Below are positions 38,689-48,754 of a stretch of 64,000 bases of DNA, in pieces; the stretch's first letter is position 1, and each line of letters starts with the position of its first letter. The notes under the pieces are model-generated. The model had not been told where the DNA came from. It made no database searches and was given only the letters and a program-made list of their open reading frames with translations. The stretch comes from Lewinellaceae bacterium. Lineage in GTDB: Bacteria; Bacteroidota; Bacteroidia; Chitinophagales; Saprospiraceae. The stretch is from assembly GCA_020636405.1 (NCBI GenBank), contig JACJXW010000009.1:204641-268640 (forward strand). The letters are read 5' to 3'. The position numbers and the translations under genes were made by a program.

Positions 38689-39303
38689 TCATCCGGCCTT
38701 GCGCTCATAGATCAATACTTTTTCTTCCTCTATTTTCTTCTTAGCGTTTGGGAGCACATAGCCTTCTTCAACCAGGTCTATTTGCCTTCCGGTTATCTCT
38801 TCCAGGTCGATTTTTAACCCCACATAATCAAATAAATCCAGGTTGTTTGGCTGCTTGAATTTTACAATGATGTCTATATCACTGTCAAAACTTTCCTGGC
38901 TCCTGGCGAATGACCCAAATAACCAGGCTTTATCAATTGGCTTATTTTTTAAATAGGCTCTGACCTGCTCTATCAACTGCTTCCGCTCGAAATCATAACT
39001 GGTCCCTCCTTTTTCCCGCTCCAGCCGCTTTTTGGCGATCTCCAGTGATTCTATCGAATAGTCTTCCTGTTTGAGCTCATAATATATTTTTTCACTCAGG
39101 AATTTTATCTGCAATTCCCTGTATTCAACCCCTAACTTTTCCGACAGTGGTTTGATTATCCTTTGAGGTGCTGTCAGTTCGTTCCGCTCGATCTTGCTCA
39201 TCGTGGATTGGTCGATGTCCACTGCATTGGACACTTGTCTTAAGGCAAACCCTTTTTCCAGTCGTCGTTTCCTTATAAATTCTCCAAATGTTTCTGGCCT
39301 CAC
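38689..39303 (-). CDS. Fusion protein: XRE-type HTH domain plus minimal nucleotidyltransferase (MNT/KNTase-like) domain
   Basis: FGEFIRKRRLEKGFALRQVSNAVDIDQSTMSKIERNE (HTH_3-like). C-terminal AWLFGSFARSQESFDSDIDIIV (G-S-x10-D-x-D NTase signature). Confidence 0.75.
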   Translation of the reverse strand: MRPETFGEFIRKRRLEKGFALRQVSNAVDIDQSTMSKIERNELTAPQRIIKPLSEKLGVEYRELQIKFLSEKIYYELKQEDYSIESLEIAKKRLEREKGGTSYDFERKQLIEQVRAYLKNKPIDKAWLFGSFARSQESFDSDIDIIVKFKQPNNLDLFDYVGLKIDLEEITGRQIDLVEEGYVLPNAKKKIEEEKVLIYERKAG

Positions 39304-39466
39304 CTTGATCTTTTTTTCTTGAAACTATTTTCTAAAAATAGGCGAAAAAATGGACTCTCTCAACCCACCCGCTTTACCGTCCGGAATCCTTTCGACACCG
39401 CCTTGCCGACGCCGATCCGCATTGCCAGTACAACAGAGGCTGGCTGCTTGAGAATGTGTCTCGGAA

Positions 39467-41517
39467 GTTTCAATTCCAGCAGGTGCGATTGAAGGCGCCA
39501 AATTTCGCCTTTAATCGCTGGTAAATTGGCGTTTCAATTCCAGCAGGTGCGATTGAAGGTTACGGCTCCGCCTTCCTGGATGCTACGATAAGTTAGTTTC
39601 AATTCCAGCAGGTGCGATTGAAGGTAACATACATCCAGGTGCGAATCTTATCCGTTTCAGGTTTCAATTCCAGCAGGTGCGATTGAAGGCATTCACTGTA
39701 ATGTTTTCTACTCCAGTATTGTATAGTTTCAATTCCAGCAGGTGCGATTGAAGGGGTAGCCAATAAGCCCCTGGGGCGTAAGTTCAACGGTTTCAATTCC
39801 AGCAGGTGCGATTGAAGGCTGCCGCCGAAATAGCTGCAATAATGGCAACAATGACGTTTCAATTCCAGCAGGTGCGATTGAAGGGGGGAAACAAACGCAG
39901 AGGCCCAAATTGTACAAGATGGTTTCAATTCCAGCAGGTGCGATTGAAGGTGCCTTTTCGGTGCAAGTAAGGCGAATGTAAGAACGTTTCAATTCCAGCA
40001 GGTGCGATTGAAGGATGCACAACATCCCTTTCGTTGCAATTTTCGTTATCATGTTTCAATTCCAGCAGGTGCGATTGAAGGCCGGAAGGCGGATCCCGGC
40101 CAGTCATCAAACAAAAGGTTTCAATTCCAGCAGGTGCGATTGAAGGCCTACCGGGGCAATATTACCCGGTTCGATGACCGGAGTTTCAATTCCAGCAGGT
40201 GCGATTGAAGGCCGGAACAACTGGCGGTTTAGGGTCTTTGATGGCCGTTTCAATTCCAGCAGGTGCGATTGAAGGCAACATCTCCGGATCTCATTCATAA
40301 CATCAAAATCAGTTTCAATTCCAGCAGGTGCGATTGAAGGGCCGGTAACGCCCCGCATTACCGACCTGGTTTTTTCGTTTCAATTCCAGCAGGTGCGATT
40401 GAAGGAGGCTATGGCTTGATTCTTGTTCACGCTGTTTTTTCGTTTCAATTCCAGCAGGTGCGATTGAAGGGAATTTAACACATCACCATCATGGAATAAT
40501 AAAGATGTTTCAATTCCAGCAGGTGCGATTGAAGGATAGCCTTTTTTACACCGATGGAACGCCAATTGTTGAGTTTCAATTCCAGCAGGTGCGATTGAAG
40601 GGGACCGCGAACCAATGCTGCAAATATGGAGCAATAAGTTTCAATTCCAGCAGGTGCGATTGAAGGTTTCCCGGTTCAGTACGCTTGGGGTCCGGTTCCC
40701 GCGTTTCAATTCCAGCAGGTGCGATTGAAGGGTGAACTCCTGCCGGAAACTTCTGGTAAATTCCTTCAAGTTTCAATTCCAGCAGGTGCGATTGAAGGCC
40801 TGTATTTGAGATAAAAGGCCAGCCCCCAGTTCACGTTTCAATTCCAGCAGGTGCGATTGAAGGCGATGATGCAGCCACCTGCATTTACCTGTTTTATGCG
40901 TTTCAATTCCAGCAGGTGCGATTGAAGGTCATGGCCAGGATGCCAGTGAAAGGCATCCTGTTTGGTTTCAATTCCAGCAGGTGCGATTGAAGGTACGCTC
41001 AGGTTGTAGGGCTTCATTTTCCCGAATGTGTTTCAATTCCAGCAGGTGCGATTGAAGGCCGTATGCGCTATTAAGGTAGACTGTACAGTCCTCCAAGTTT
41101 CAATTCCAGCAGGTGCGATTGAAGGAATAAGGGAACAACGACAGTTATTATAGATAGGGGTGTTTCAATTCCAGCAGGTGCGATTGAAGGAAGTTTAGAT
41201 AAAATGATAAACGAATGGATTGAAAAGTTTCAATTCCAGCAGGTGCGATTGAAGGAGGGCTAACGTCTAATAACGTAAACTACATATTAGAGTTTCAATT
41301 CCAGCAGGTGCGATTGAAGGCTTTGAATTAACCGCCGAAAACCTTTGCGAACCATTTTGTTTCAATTCCAGCAGGTGCGATTGAAGGATACGACGTTTTC
41401 CCCCGTTCTTACTGCGAAGATTGGTTTCAATTCCAGCAGGTGCGATTGAAGGGATTCCGGGATTAAAAACGCCCGGTTGTCTTTATTGGTTTCAATTCCA
41501 GCAGGTGCGATTGAAGG
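39467..41517 (-). CRISPR. CRISPR array, 32 identical repeats and 31 unique spacers; transcribed on the minus strand (inferred)
   Basis: GTTTCAATTCCAGCAGGTGCGATTGAAGG (29 nt) recurs every 64-67 nt, so spacers are 35-38 nt. The minus-strand repeat ends in ATTGAAAC, the usual 8-nt crRNA 5' handle. The cas operon is adjacent on the same strand. Confidence 0.97.
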
Positions 41518-41725
41518 GCCGAAGCCTAAAAATACTAAAAAGCTGATTATTAGCCTATAAGAAAACCATAAAGGCGAAAAATTCAGCGATTTTGTCGTCG
41601 GCCGCAAAAAGAGTAAAAACAGGCGGGGATCGACGACAAAGGTATATAGTTGATAATCAATCACAAAGGTCAATCATGTCAAAGAACGTGTTGCTGGTAA
41701 AGCAGTAAAGGCGGCTGGCCGACGA
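41518..41725 (-). promoter_or_regulatory. CRISPR leader (AT-rich, between cas2 and the first repeat) with a candidate Bacteroidota-type -7 box
   Basis: Location is between the cas2 stop and the repeat at 41489-41517. The minus strand reads TACCTTTG (TAnnTTTG pattern) at 41637-41644. Inverted repeat TTGTCGTCG...CGACGACAA. Confidence 0.55.
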
Positions 41726-41995
41726 TTACAGGAACTGATCGGTTTCGCTCAGAGCCCTGCCAATCAGTTGTTTATCCAGCCAATGTTTGTGCCGGTTCTT
41801 AAAGATCATAAAGCTGTCGTGGCTTTCATCCATTATCTCCTTGGCTTCTTCAATGAGTTCCTTCAGGCGCACTTCGGATATCTCGCCTTCGAATACAGAA
41901 TTTTGTATCCAATGCAGGTAGCGGCGGCACAGTTTCAGCATTTTCGGAGTGCGCTCTGCGGCGACATCGTAAACAGCGATCACATACATTACCAC
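41726..41995 (-). CDS. cas2: CRISPR-associated endoribonuclease Cas2
   Basis: 89 aa. MYVIAVYDV...LKLCRRYLHWIQNSVFEGE typical Cas2 beginning. Overlaps the cas1 stop. Confidence 0.9.
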   Translation of the reverse strand: MVMYVIAVYDVAAERTPKMLKLCRRYLHWIQNSVFEGEISEVRLKELIEEAKEIMDESHDSFMIFKNRHKHWLDKQLIGRALSETDQFL

Positions 41996-42996
41996 CAGAT
42001 CTTAAAGGGTTCAAAATTGGGTTCCATACCCAGCAAATGCTTGGCCAGTTTGTAGCAGTCGAGGCGCAAAAGGTGGCGGTAGCTCACCTTCCGGTTCAGT
42101 TTTCGGTGCTGAATGCTTTGCTGCAGGCGCTCTTCCCAGGCCTGTACGAAAAGGCGCCGGCCGGCGGGAGATAAGAAGCAGGCGTTGTCCACCTTGTCGA
42201 AATGCTCTTCCCGGATCTCTTTCTTGTTGCAAAGGCGGAATATCAGGCGGTCAACCAGAATGGGTTTGAAGATCTCCGCCATATCCAGGGCCAGGCTGTA
42301 CCGGCGGGTTCCCGGCTCATGCAAATAGCTGATCGTGGGGTTCAATTGGGAATTGTAGATGGCGTCGAGGCAAACGGTATAGCAGAGGGAATTGCCGAAG
42401 CTCAATAGGGCATTGAGTCCATCCGTAGGCGGCCGCTTTTGCCGGCCGGCCCACGGAAAGCTGTCCACGATCTGGCCGAAAGCACTGTAGTACAGCTGCC
42501 GGCAATTGCCTTCCAGCCCCATGATATGATCTACCGATTTCGCTTTTTCCAGTTCGGCGCGGAGGTTCTCGATCTTTTCGATATGCTCCGCCAGGCTGCG
42601 GCCCCGGTTCAAATAATAACGCAGGTTTTTCAGCATATTGAAAGTGGCGCCCTCAACCAGCGCGCGGGCGATCCGCACCCGGTGTTTCCCGGACCGGTAG
42701 GCATCCGTTTGGGCGATAAGCATCTGCCCAGCCAGGAGGTATTCCCGTGGGCTGAAGGAACCGGTGTAATGTTGATAATAGTCAAAAAAGTGGACCGGCA
42801 CGTGTTTTCGCCCGAGGAAATTATACAGGGCACTGTTGGTGTCGAGGCTGCCGAAAACGTAAAGGGCGCTCACGCCTTCCACCGGTAGGAAGCGCGGCTT
42901 AGCTGGGGCCTCCGCCGTTTCTGCCGGGTCGAACCGAAGCGTATTGTCGCTTCGGCTCATACGGCCGGGATTGAACAGATAAAAGGCTTTCTTCAT
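41989..42996 (-). CDS. cas1: CRISPR-associated integrase Cas1
   Basis: 335 aa. Position between cas4 and cas2, with Cas1-like features (NALLSFGNSLCY..., EPGTRRYSLALDMAEIFKP). Confidence 0.9.
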   Translation of the reverse strand: MKKAFYLFNPGRMSRSDNTLRFDPAETAEAPAKPRFLPVEGVSALYVFGSLDTNSALYNFLGRKHVPVHFFDYYQHYTGSFSPREYLLAGQMLIAQTDAYRSGKHRVRIARALVEGATFNMLKNLRYYLNRGRSLAEHIEKIENLRAELEKAKSVDHIMGLEGNCRQLYYSAFGQIVDSFPWAGRQKRPPTDGLNALLSFGNSLCYTVCLDAIYNSQLNPTISYLHEPGTRRYSLALDMAEIFKPILVDRLIFRLCNKKEIREEHFDKVDNACFLSPAGRRLFVQAWEERLQQSIQHRKLNRKVSYRHLLRLDCYKLAKHLLGMEPNFEPFKIWW

Positions 42997-43006
42997 GATC
43001 TTTCAT

Positions 43007-43501
43007 TCAGATAAAACAAAAGTCGCGATAAGCACAGTGCTGGCAGTAGCTCTTTTTCACCAGTTCCGGGCAGGTGGGCTGCTGTACGATGCGCTCTATC
43101 TCCGCTTCCCAGCCGCAGATCATCTTCCGGTCTGCTTCAGTAAGCTGCACTTCCGTCGTTTTTCGGTGCTTGGGGTATTCGATCAATCCGCGAGGGGTAT
43201 CTACGCCCGCCTGCTCCAGGTAAAAAAGGTAGTACTTCACCTGAGCGATGTGGGAAGTTTCCAGCTTCGGGCTTTTCTTTACCTCACGCACCAGTTTCTG
43301 CCGGGGGTCGAAGTGGTCGATCTTGATGGCGCCGAGGGAGAGTTCCCGCCAGCGGCTTGGCCTCCGGGCATAGGTATGCTTACCAATGAGCTTGCCTTCG
43401 TAGACCGCCGCGCTGTTGTCTTCCTGCCGCAGGCCCCGGTGGTGTATCCACAGCTTGCGGTGGCAGAGGTGGTAGTAGGTGATGTGGGAGGCGGAGATCA
43501 T
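43007..43501 (-). CDS. cas4: CRISPR-associated Cas4 (RecB-like nuclease with Fe-S Cys cluster)
   Basis: 164 aa. N-terminal Cys (YHLCHRKLW) plus a C-terminal C-x8-C-x2-C-x5-C-like cluster (CPELVKKSYCQHCAYRDFC). ...DHFD...EVKKS nuclease-like core. Confidence 0.85.
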   Translation of the reverse strand: MISASHITYYHLCHRKLWIHHRGLRQEDNSAAVYEGKLIGKHTYARRPSRWRELSLGAIKIDHFDPRQKLVREVKKSPKLETSHIAQVKYYLFYLEQAGVDTPRGLIEYPKHRKTTEVQLTEADRKMICGWEAEIERIVQQPTCPELVKKSYCQHCAYRDFCFI

Positions 43502-44553
43502 GCAGATTGTAGTTGACCCTCATAGTCAAATTCTGACAGTTGCTTAATCAGATATGCCCTGGCCTCATCCAATGCAGTTGCCTTTTCTTTTGTGGTCAAA
43601 ACATACCCGGCTGCAGGCAGAGCCACAAAAGTTTCAACGCCTGGCATACCTTCCTCAATAATTGGCATTGCTTTTTCTCCATCTCCAACTAACTTTGCAC
43701 GAACACTACTTGCTATTTTGTTCGCATTATCACTCACGGAAATAGCAAGTGTTTCCATCAAACTGAATGTGCGAGATTGGTTGGAAGTGATTTTCCAATT
43801 CAGAATTGCATCCACCAATGCAGGGATGAGCTTGTCTCTGTCTGCTTTCGGAGCGACAAGGCAAGGACCAAAGACGTTCTCGCTTTCGACCCAGCCATTT
43901 TCACGGAGCTGGGCTTCAGTTACTGGACTAATTTCCGGCTCGAACGGATTGAGGTTTACGGAGAAAAGCCTGCGTAGATCGATAGCAATATCCTGGACAA
44001 AGAGTCCTGAGGCTCGATTACTACCTGGAATCCATTTTCTGGTAAGACTTCTATCCTTACCTGAAAGAATTTCCTGAATTTGTTCATCAGTCAATTCATT
44101 CCCCTTTTCGTCTCTGACAATAATTATATTATTGGAGCGGTCACTGCGATCAAAGGTCATGTTTTCTGAGGTTGTTCCAGCAAGTTTAGGATGCAAAGCT
44201 CGCATCGCAGAAATGGAAAGCGGACTGCGGCGCTTCAGTGTACGCTCCTTACCTCCTTTTGCTGCATACATCCAGCCTCCAAGAAGCTGATCAGCGTGAG
44301 CGGGATTGCAAGTACCCGCCACTTCACCTTCTGAAATTTCGCCTTTCTTGACATCCCAAAAAAAGGTTGTCGGAGAACCGGGAGTATTCAGTTCTGCATT
44401 CAGCGAATCTAAGATAGATCGTTTCACCTGCTGGCCGCTAGAGTAAGGTACAGGCACTCCAAATTGCGGATCAAAATATCTTTTTTGCCCATCTGCCACG
44501 CAAAAGACAGTATGTTCAGCATGCTTAAGGGTTCTTACATAAATGGTTTTCAT
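43498..44553 (-). CDS. cas7: Cas7-like Cascade backbone subunit (DevR/Cst2/Csa2-like rather than GNPNGDP-type)
   Basis: 351 aa. SSGQQVKRSILDSL near the N-terminus resembles the conserved Cas7 S-x-Q-x-(K/R)-(H/R) segment. Position is between cas8 and cas4. Assignment rests on motif plus context only. Confidence 0.62.
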   Translation of the reverse strand: MKTIYVRTLKHAEHTVFCVADGQKRYFDPQFGVPVPYSSGQQVKRSILDSLNAELNTPGSPTTFFWDVKKGEISEGEVAGTCNPAHADQLLGGWMYAAKGGKERTLKRRSPLSISAMRALHPKLAGTTSENMTFDRSDRSNNIIIVRDEKGNELTDEQIQEILSGKDRSLTRKWIPGSNRASGLFVQDIAIDLRRLFSVNLNPFEPEISPVTEAQLRENGWVESENVFGPCLVAPKADRDKLIPALVDAILNWKITSNQSRTFSLMETLAISVSDNANKIASSVRAKLVGDGEKAMPIIEEGMPGVETFVALPAAGYVLTTKEKATALDEARAYLIKQLSEFDYEGQLQSA

Positions 44554-44574
44554 GATATTTTCTGTTTTTAATGG

Positions 44575-45975
44575 TTATTGATTTTTGAACTCGGCATAGC
44601 CATAGTCGAATTTGAGCAAGGTGATAAAGTAGGCGAAATCCTCTTTACTCAGAAAGTGAACCTGATCACGGAGGCTATTCATTTTGTCCTTGATATCCTG
44701 CTCCACTTCGTCGTTGGTGATAATCTTGTGGAGGGCTTCCAGCATCTTGATCTTATTGGTCTGGAAGAACTCTTTTTCCAATAGATTTTTGCGGTCTAGC
44801 TTCCTGCCCCCGGCACGGTACCGTACCAATGCCTGGGCGATCTCCCGGCTGTATTCCGAGATATCGGTCTTGTTTTTTGATAACATAGCGACTAACCAAG
44901 TTTTATAAGTTTGATAGGAAATGATGGTTGATCTGGATTTGGAGGCTTCCTTTTCAATCCGCTCCCGGAAAGCTTCGTCGCTCTCACCTTTCTTACGATC
45001 TGCCTTAACGGAAACAAACTTGAGATTCGTGGAATCACCAAAATATTTTTCCAGCGATTCAGGACGAAGGGCATGTAGGCCGATGCTGCCCATTTCGCAG
45101 GCTCGTTTAATATGTCGGCCAAAGAAGGCCTCGAACTCGCTTGTCCGCTTTATTCTGTACTCCTCGTTTCCAAAAAGCTTTTGGTAAACGGCAATTAGGC
45201 TTCTTCCGCTTTGAAATTGAAAGGGTATAAATCCAACAGTCTTATTAGTCGAGCCAAGCGAAAAAATATAAGCCGTGGCAGATTCAATTTCCAGATAAGT
45301 AGAAAGGCTGAAAAAAAGACGTGACCATGAAACAGTATTGATTTCAATACCTTTTTCACTGCTGGAGAATAAACTTTCCCTTTCTAAGGTTCCGAAATTG
45401 AAGTCCTTCTCATACCATTCATCAAACCTGTAGGCGAGCCATTGTCCATTCCAAGTAGTCAATTTATAGGGAGGGAACTTATCAAAAAGAGGATCATTCA
45501 AAAAGCGACGATAGTGTTCCCAACCCTCAAACGTGGCATAAGTAATTTCGGGATCATCAAAAAGAATGGTGTATCCTCCAGAAACTCCTAAGCTGAGTGT
45601 GCCTCCAATCCAGGAAAGATAAACTGCTTCTTCATCAGAGGGCACTTCTAAGTCGGTTACTAACCCAGAGGTCGTTGCATACTCTTTATTCTCTGACGCT
45701 GGGAAACCGAGAGCAATGCTAGCATCACGGTCACCAGCACTTATTTTTTTGTGCAACTTTCCCAAGTTCTCTAAACGCTCAGCGGAGTTGAAGAAAGGTT
45801 TCTTTTTTGACAGCCCTTGTACAAATGGAGAGTTGCCAGCCCAAAGTAGATATTTTTCATGGTTGAAAATCTGCTCAAAGATTTCTCGATCAAAAAATTC
45901 CTTCGCTGAATAGCCAGTCCCATTTCGGCGGTTGTATTCTTTCAAAAAGGTTTTGCCAACTACTGCAGTATACAT
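44575..45975 (-). CDS. cas8: Putative Cascade large subunit (Cas8-like); family not recognisable by eye
   Basis: 466 aa. Sits immediately upstream of cas7 in a tightly packed operon. No motif recognised, so the call is contextual. Confidence 0.5.
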   Translation of the reverse strand: MYTAVVGKTFLKEYNRRNGTGYSAKEFFDREIFEQIFNHEKYLLWAGNSPFVQGLSKKKPFFNSAERLENLGKLHKKISAGDRDASIALGFPASENKEYATTSGLVTDLEVPSDEEAVYLSWIGGTLSLGVSGGYTILFDDPEITYATFEGWEHYRRFLNDPLFDKFPPYKLTTWNGQWLAYRFDEWYEKDFNFGTLERESLFSSSEKGIEINTVSWSRLFFSLSTYLEIESATAYIFSLGSTNKTVGFIPFQFQSGRSLIAVYQKLFGNEEYRIKRTSEFEAFFGRHIKRACEMGSIGLHALRPESLEKYFGDSTNLKFVSVKADRKKGESDEAFRERIEKEASKSRSTIISYQTYKTWLVAMLSKNKTDISEYSREIAQALVRYRAGGRKLDRKNLLEKEFFQTNKIKMLEALHKIITNDEVEQDIKDKMNSLRDQVHFLSKEDFAYFITLLKFDYGYAEFKNQ

Positions 45976-45977
45976 GG

Positions 45978-48134
45978 TTAACTAATTTGATGGTTAACAT
46001 TGACCTGTTTCAGTTCAGCAGCCAATAATCCTAGCTCTTCATCGTAAGCTTCATCAGGTATCTGATACGGGCCGTTGCCATATTCCAGCCTTAGATATTT
46101 ATACACGGACCAGTACCGAACGGGGATTTCTAGCTCCATCCGTTGCTGATAATTTCCATCCCTGTAAAGTTCAGTGTCACTTTCCACGATGCAGGTCACA
46201 CTATCTATTTGCAGCATTTCCACCAGCCACGCCGTTCCATTGGTCAGCGGCGCGATCTTCCATGTCCCATCTGATTGGAAAGCGGCAGCCTCTTCGATTC
46301 TCATGAAGTCAATATCTGTGAAGACAGCATCAATTTTCTTTTGGAGATCACGCTCGTGCAATACCTCGCCATCAGGCAGCACCTCGTAGCTTTTGTTCAG
46401 ATTTGAAAGGTCATAGGGCAGTGCTTCCTTTTCATCTTCCGGTGGAGCAATGACATAAACAGGCTTGGTTTTTCCTATTGTTTCTTTACTTCGTTTCCGA
46501 TTTATCCGGCCAAAGCGTTGGATGAGGGCATCTAGCGGGGCACATTCTGTTACCATGAGGTCGAAGCTTATATCAAGGCTTACTTCTACTACTTGGGTTG
46601 AAACAACAACACATGCATCATCCGAAGTATTGAAACGGCCTGTCGGCTCTCCATTCTCATCCAATCCGATAAGTGCCCTTTCTCTTTGTTTGCGGTCTTT
46701 ACGCTTCATTTTGCTGTGCAGAAGCAGAGCATCTACCTTGGGGTATTCTAACTTGATTTTCTCAAAAACGTCCTGGGCTGATTGAACACGGTTGCAGACA
46801 ATTAACACCTTTTGCTTTGCTTCCACCGCTTTTTGCACCAACGATTTTGATGCCTCCCAATTAACAATTTTATGAATGGTGTGGCGATCATATTCATCTA
46901 GCTCTTCGAGCGTAAGTTTGGTTTCTAAAACTTGTTCAGAACCAAGTATTTCCAAAATCCGATCGTACAAATCAGAAGGCATCGTAGCTGTCCCGATATG
47001 CAGCCGACAGCCAAGGCTTTTCAATACCGCAATCAATTTAAGTACAATGGCCTGTGAAATGGCAGAATAAGTGTGTACTTCATCAAGGATTACATCGCAA
47101 CCTTTGACATCCAAAATCATGGCCTCAAAACCTTTGCTACCAAGGGCAATGCCTGCTAGTTGATAAGGTGTCAAAACCTTGATAGCCGATCCTGGATGGC
47201 GTTGCAAAACAATGTCTTCACGGTCGCCGTCTTCCTTTTCAATCAGAGACGAGGCAGCATGTAAAACCCGGATATCAAGTTTGGGATTATCCTTTTCCAA
47301 ATCCTTGAGCAACCGGTAATACATCGCATTGATCGAGGCTTGAAACGGTAACGTATAAAAAACCCTGCCACGGCAGCGCCGGAAAAGGAAATCCGTTTTG
47401 CCCGCTCCCGTGCTTGCTACGACCATAGTATGCGGTAATTCGGAATCCGCAGGGCAAAGAGATAGCGGGTACATTTTAGAAGTGCGGTTGAAAAACCTCA
47501 AATCTGGTTGGACAAAAAGGTTTTCCAGTTTCACTTCTGTTTTATGTATCATTGCCGATGCAAAGTGGTCTGCTCCCATCAGTAGGCCACGTAATTCAGA
47601 ATAGCCTCGTTCTTTTTTAACTTTCTTTTTACAGAAGCTGACCACGTAATCGTACATGTTTTCTACCTCTCCCCTTGAAACAGGACAGGTTTCTACGCCA
47701 AAACATTCCAATATTTCCAGTGCAGCCGGGCTCCACTGTTCCCAATTACCAAGGTGGTACTCAAATACACTGGATTCATGGCGCTCTAAATCCAGAATGC
47801 CTTTAAGTTTAGAATCCCCCCGGATGGATTTATGGTGAGCCACGATCATCTCAATCATATCATCCCACCATGCTTTCTGTACAAGTGGCACGAAAAAAAG
47901 AGAGGCAATTTCATGCCGGAATGTCTGCTCGGATTTTTCACCTTCTAGCCGTGCCTGAAAGACAGGGTGTGCTTTCCCAATGTCATGAAAAATAGCTGCA
48001 AGAGCTGCTTTTTCTGAATCGAATCCTGTGCTGGCGGCAATTTTTTCAATAGCCAGTTTGACGTGCGTCAAGTGGTCGAAAAGGGTTGTCCATTCCGGTT
48101 TACCCTTTGCTTTTATTTCGGGATGGCGGTTCAT
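45978..48134 (-). CDS. cas3: Cas3 nuclease-helicase (fused HD plus SF2 helicase)
   Basis: HD domain (AAIFHDIGKAHPVFQ, FRHEIAS, VAHHKS). Helicase motif I VVASTGAGKT and motif II ILDEVH. Confidence 0.9.
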   Translation of the reverse strand: MNRHPEIKAKGKPEWTTLFDHLTHVKLAIEKIAASTGFDSEKAALAAIFHDIGKAHPVFQARLEGEKSEQTFRHEIASLFFVPLVQKAWWDDMIEMIVAHHKSIRGDSKLKGILDLERHESSVFEYHLGNWEQWSPAALEILECFGVETCPVSRGEVENMYDYVVSFCKKKVKKERGYSELRGLLMGADHFASAMIHKTEVKLENLFVQPDLRFFNRTSKMYPLSLCPADSELPHTMVVASTGAGKTDFLFRRCRGRVFYTLPFQASINAMYYRLLKDLEKDNPKLDIRVLHAASSLIEKEDGDREDIVLQRHPGSAIKVLTPYQLAGIALGSKGFEAMILDVKGCDVILDEVHTYSAISQAIVLKLIAVLKSLGCRLHIGTATMPSDLYDRILEILGSEQVLETKLTLEELDEYDRHTIHKIVNWEASKSLVQKAVEAKQKVLIVCNRVQSAQDVFEKIKLEYPKVDALLLHSKMKRKDRKQRERALIGLDENGEPTGRFNTSDDACVVVSTQVVEVSLDISFDLMVTECAPLDALIQRFGRINRKRSKETIGKTKPVYVIAPPEDEKEALPYDLSNLNKSYEVLPDGEVLHERDLQKKIDAVFTDIDFMRIEEAAAFQSDGTWKIAPLTNGTAWLVEMLQIDSVTCIVESDTELYRDGNYQQRMELEIPVRYWSVYKYLRLEYGNGPYQIPDEAYDEELGLLAAELKQVNVNHQIS

Positions 48135-48739
48135 TGGAGTGTATTGATAGGGTTGCCAACTACTCTTAGCCAGCCATACATTGGGCTGCCATTGTCAAGG
48201 CGATTGTAGCCAACCAGAAATGATTTTTCGTTTTTCTCAAAAACTAATTCAAAGCCATTAAAGTCTTCACCATTCGAGTTGAAATCCTCAATCGAAATAG
48301 ATACCGGATCTTCGGATGCAGGGTATAGAATATCCTCGTTTCGACAAAGGCAGATGTGCTGTTGAGCTGCGATTTCAGCATCTTGGCGATTGTCAAATGC
48401 CAGATGAAGAATAGGATGTAATAGTACACTCCTTGTTAAAATAGCGTATTCACGAACATAAGCCGAACGCTTATTGACTTTCCTTTTATTCCAGCCGCGA
48501 GGCTGAATTTGCTCCTGTTGGCTGGTCATTTGACTGTATGACAACCTATGGCCTTTGATTTTGTAAAAACCAAAAGGCTTATTGAGCAGCCCTGGAAATA
48601 ACTTTCGTTCAATACCTCCAACAATAGATGGCGTTAGAAACTGCTGAGAAAATGTTTCCGTATCCCTCACTGCTGTCCAAGGTTTAATAAACCCAAAAGG
48701 TCCTGAATACTTTACAATATAATATTTCATGGATTCCAC
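48131..48739 (-). CDS. cas5: Cas5-like RAMP subunit, unusually placed between cas6 and cas3
   Basis: 202 aa. The N-terminus YIVKYSGPFGFIKPWTAVRDTETFSQQFLTPSIVGGIERKLF follows the Cas5 pattern (G..A.F..P....R.S....PT/S PS...G). Overlaps the cas3 start (ATGA). Confidence 0.55.
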   Translation of the reverse strand: MESMKYYIVKYSGPFGFIKPWTAVRDTETFSQQFLTPSIVGGIERKLFPGLLNKPFGFYKIKGHRLSYSQMTSQQEQIQPRGWNKRKVNKRSAYVREYAILTRSVLLHPILHLAFDNRQDAEIAAQQHICLCRNEDILYPASEDPVSISIEDFNSNGEDFNGFELVFEKNEKSFLVGYNRLDNGSPMYGWLRVVGNPINTLQ

Positions 48740-48754
48740 TTTTTCTTATTTCAA

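Noticed and set aside
38654-39466. Search for a HEPN toxin partner of the nucleotidyltransferase
   Set aside because: The flanking gaps are 35 nt and 163 nt. No ORF of suitable size is present on either strand.
39599-41673. Seven ORFs of 61-109 aa on both strands across the CRISPR array (recurrent SHLLELK / SIAPAGIET peptides)
   Set aside because: The recurring peptides are translations of the CRISPR repeat itself. This is an artefact of a stop-free repeat frame.
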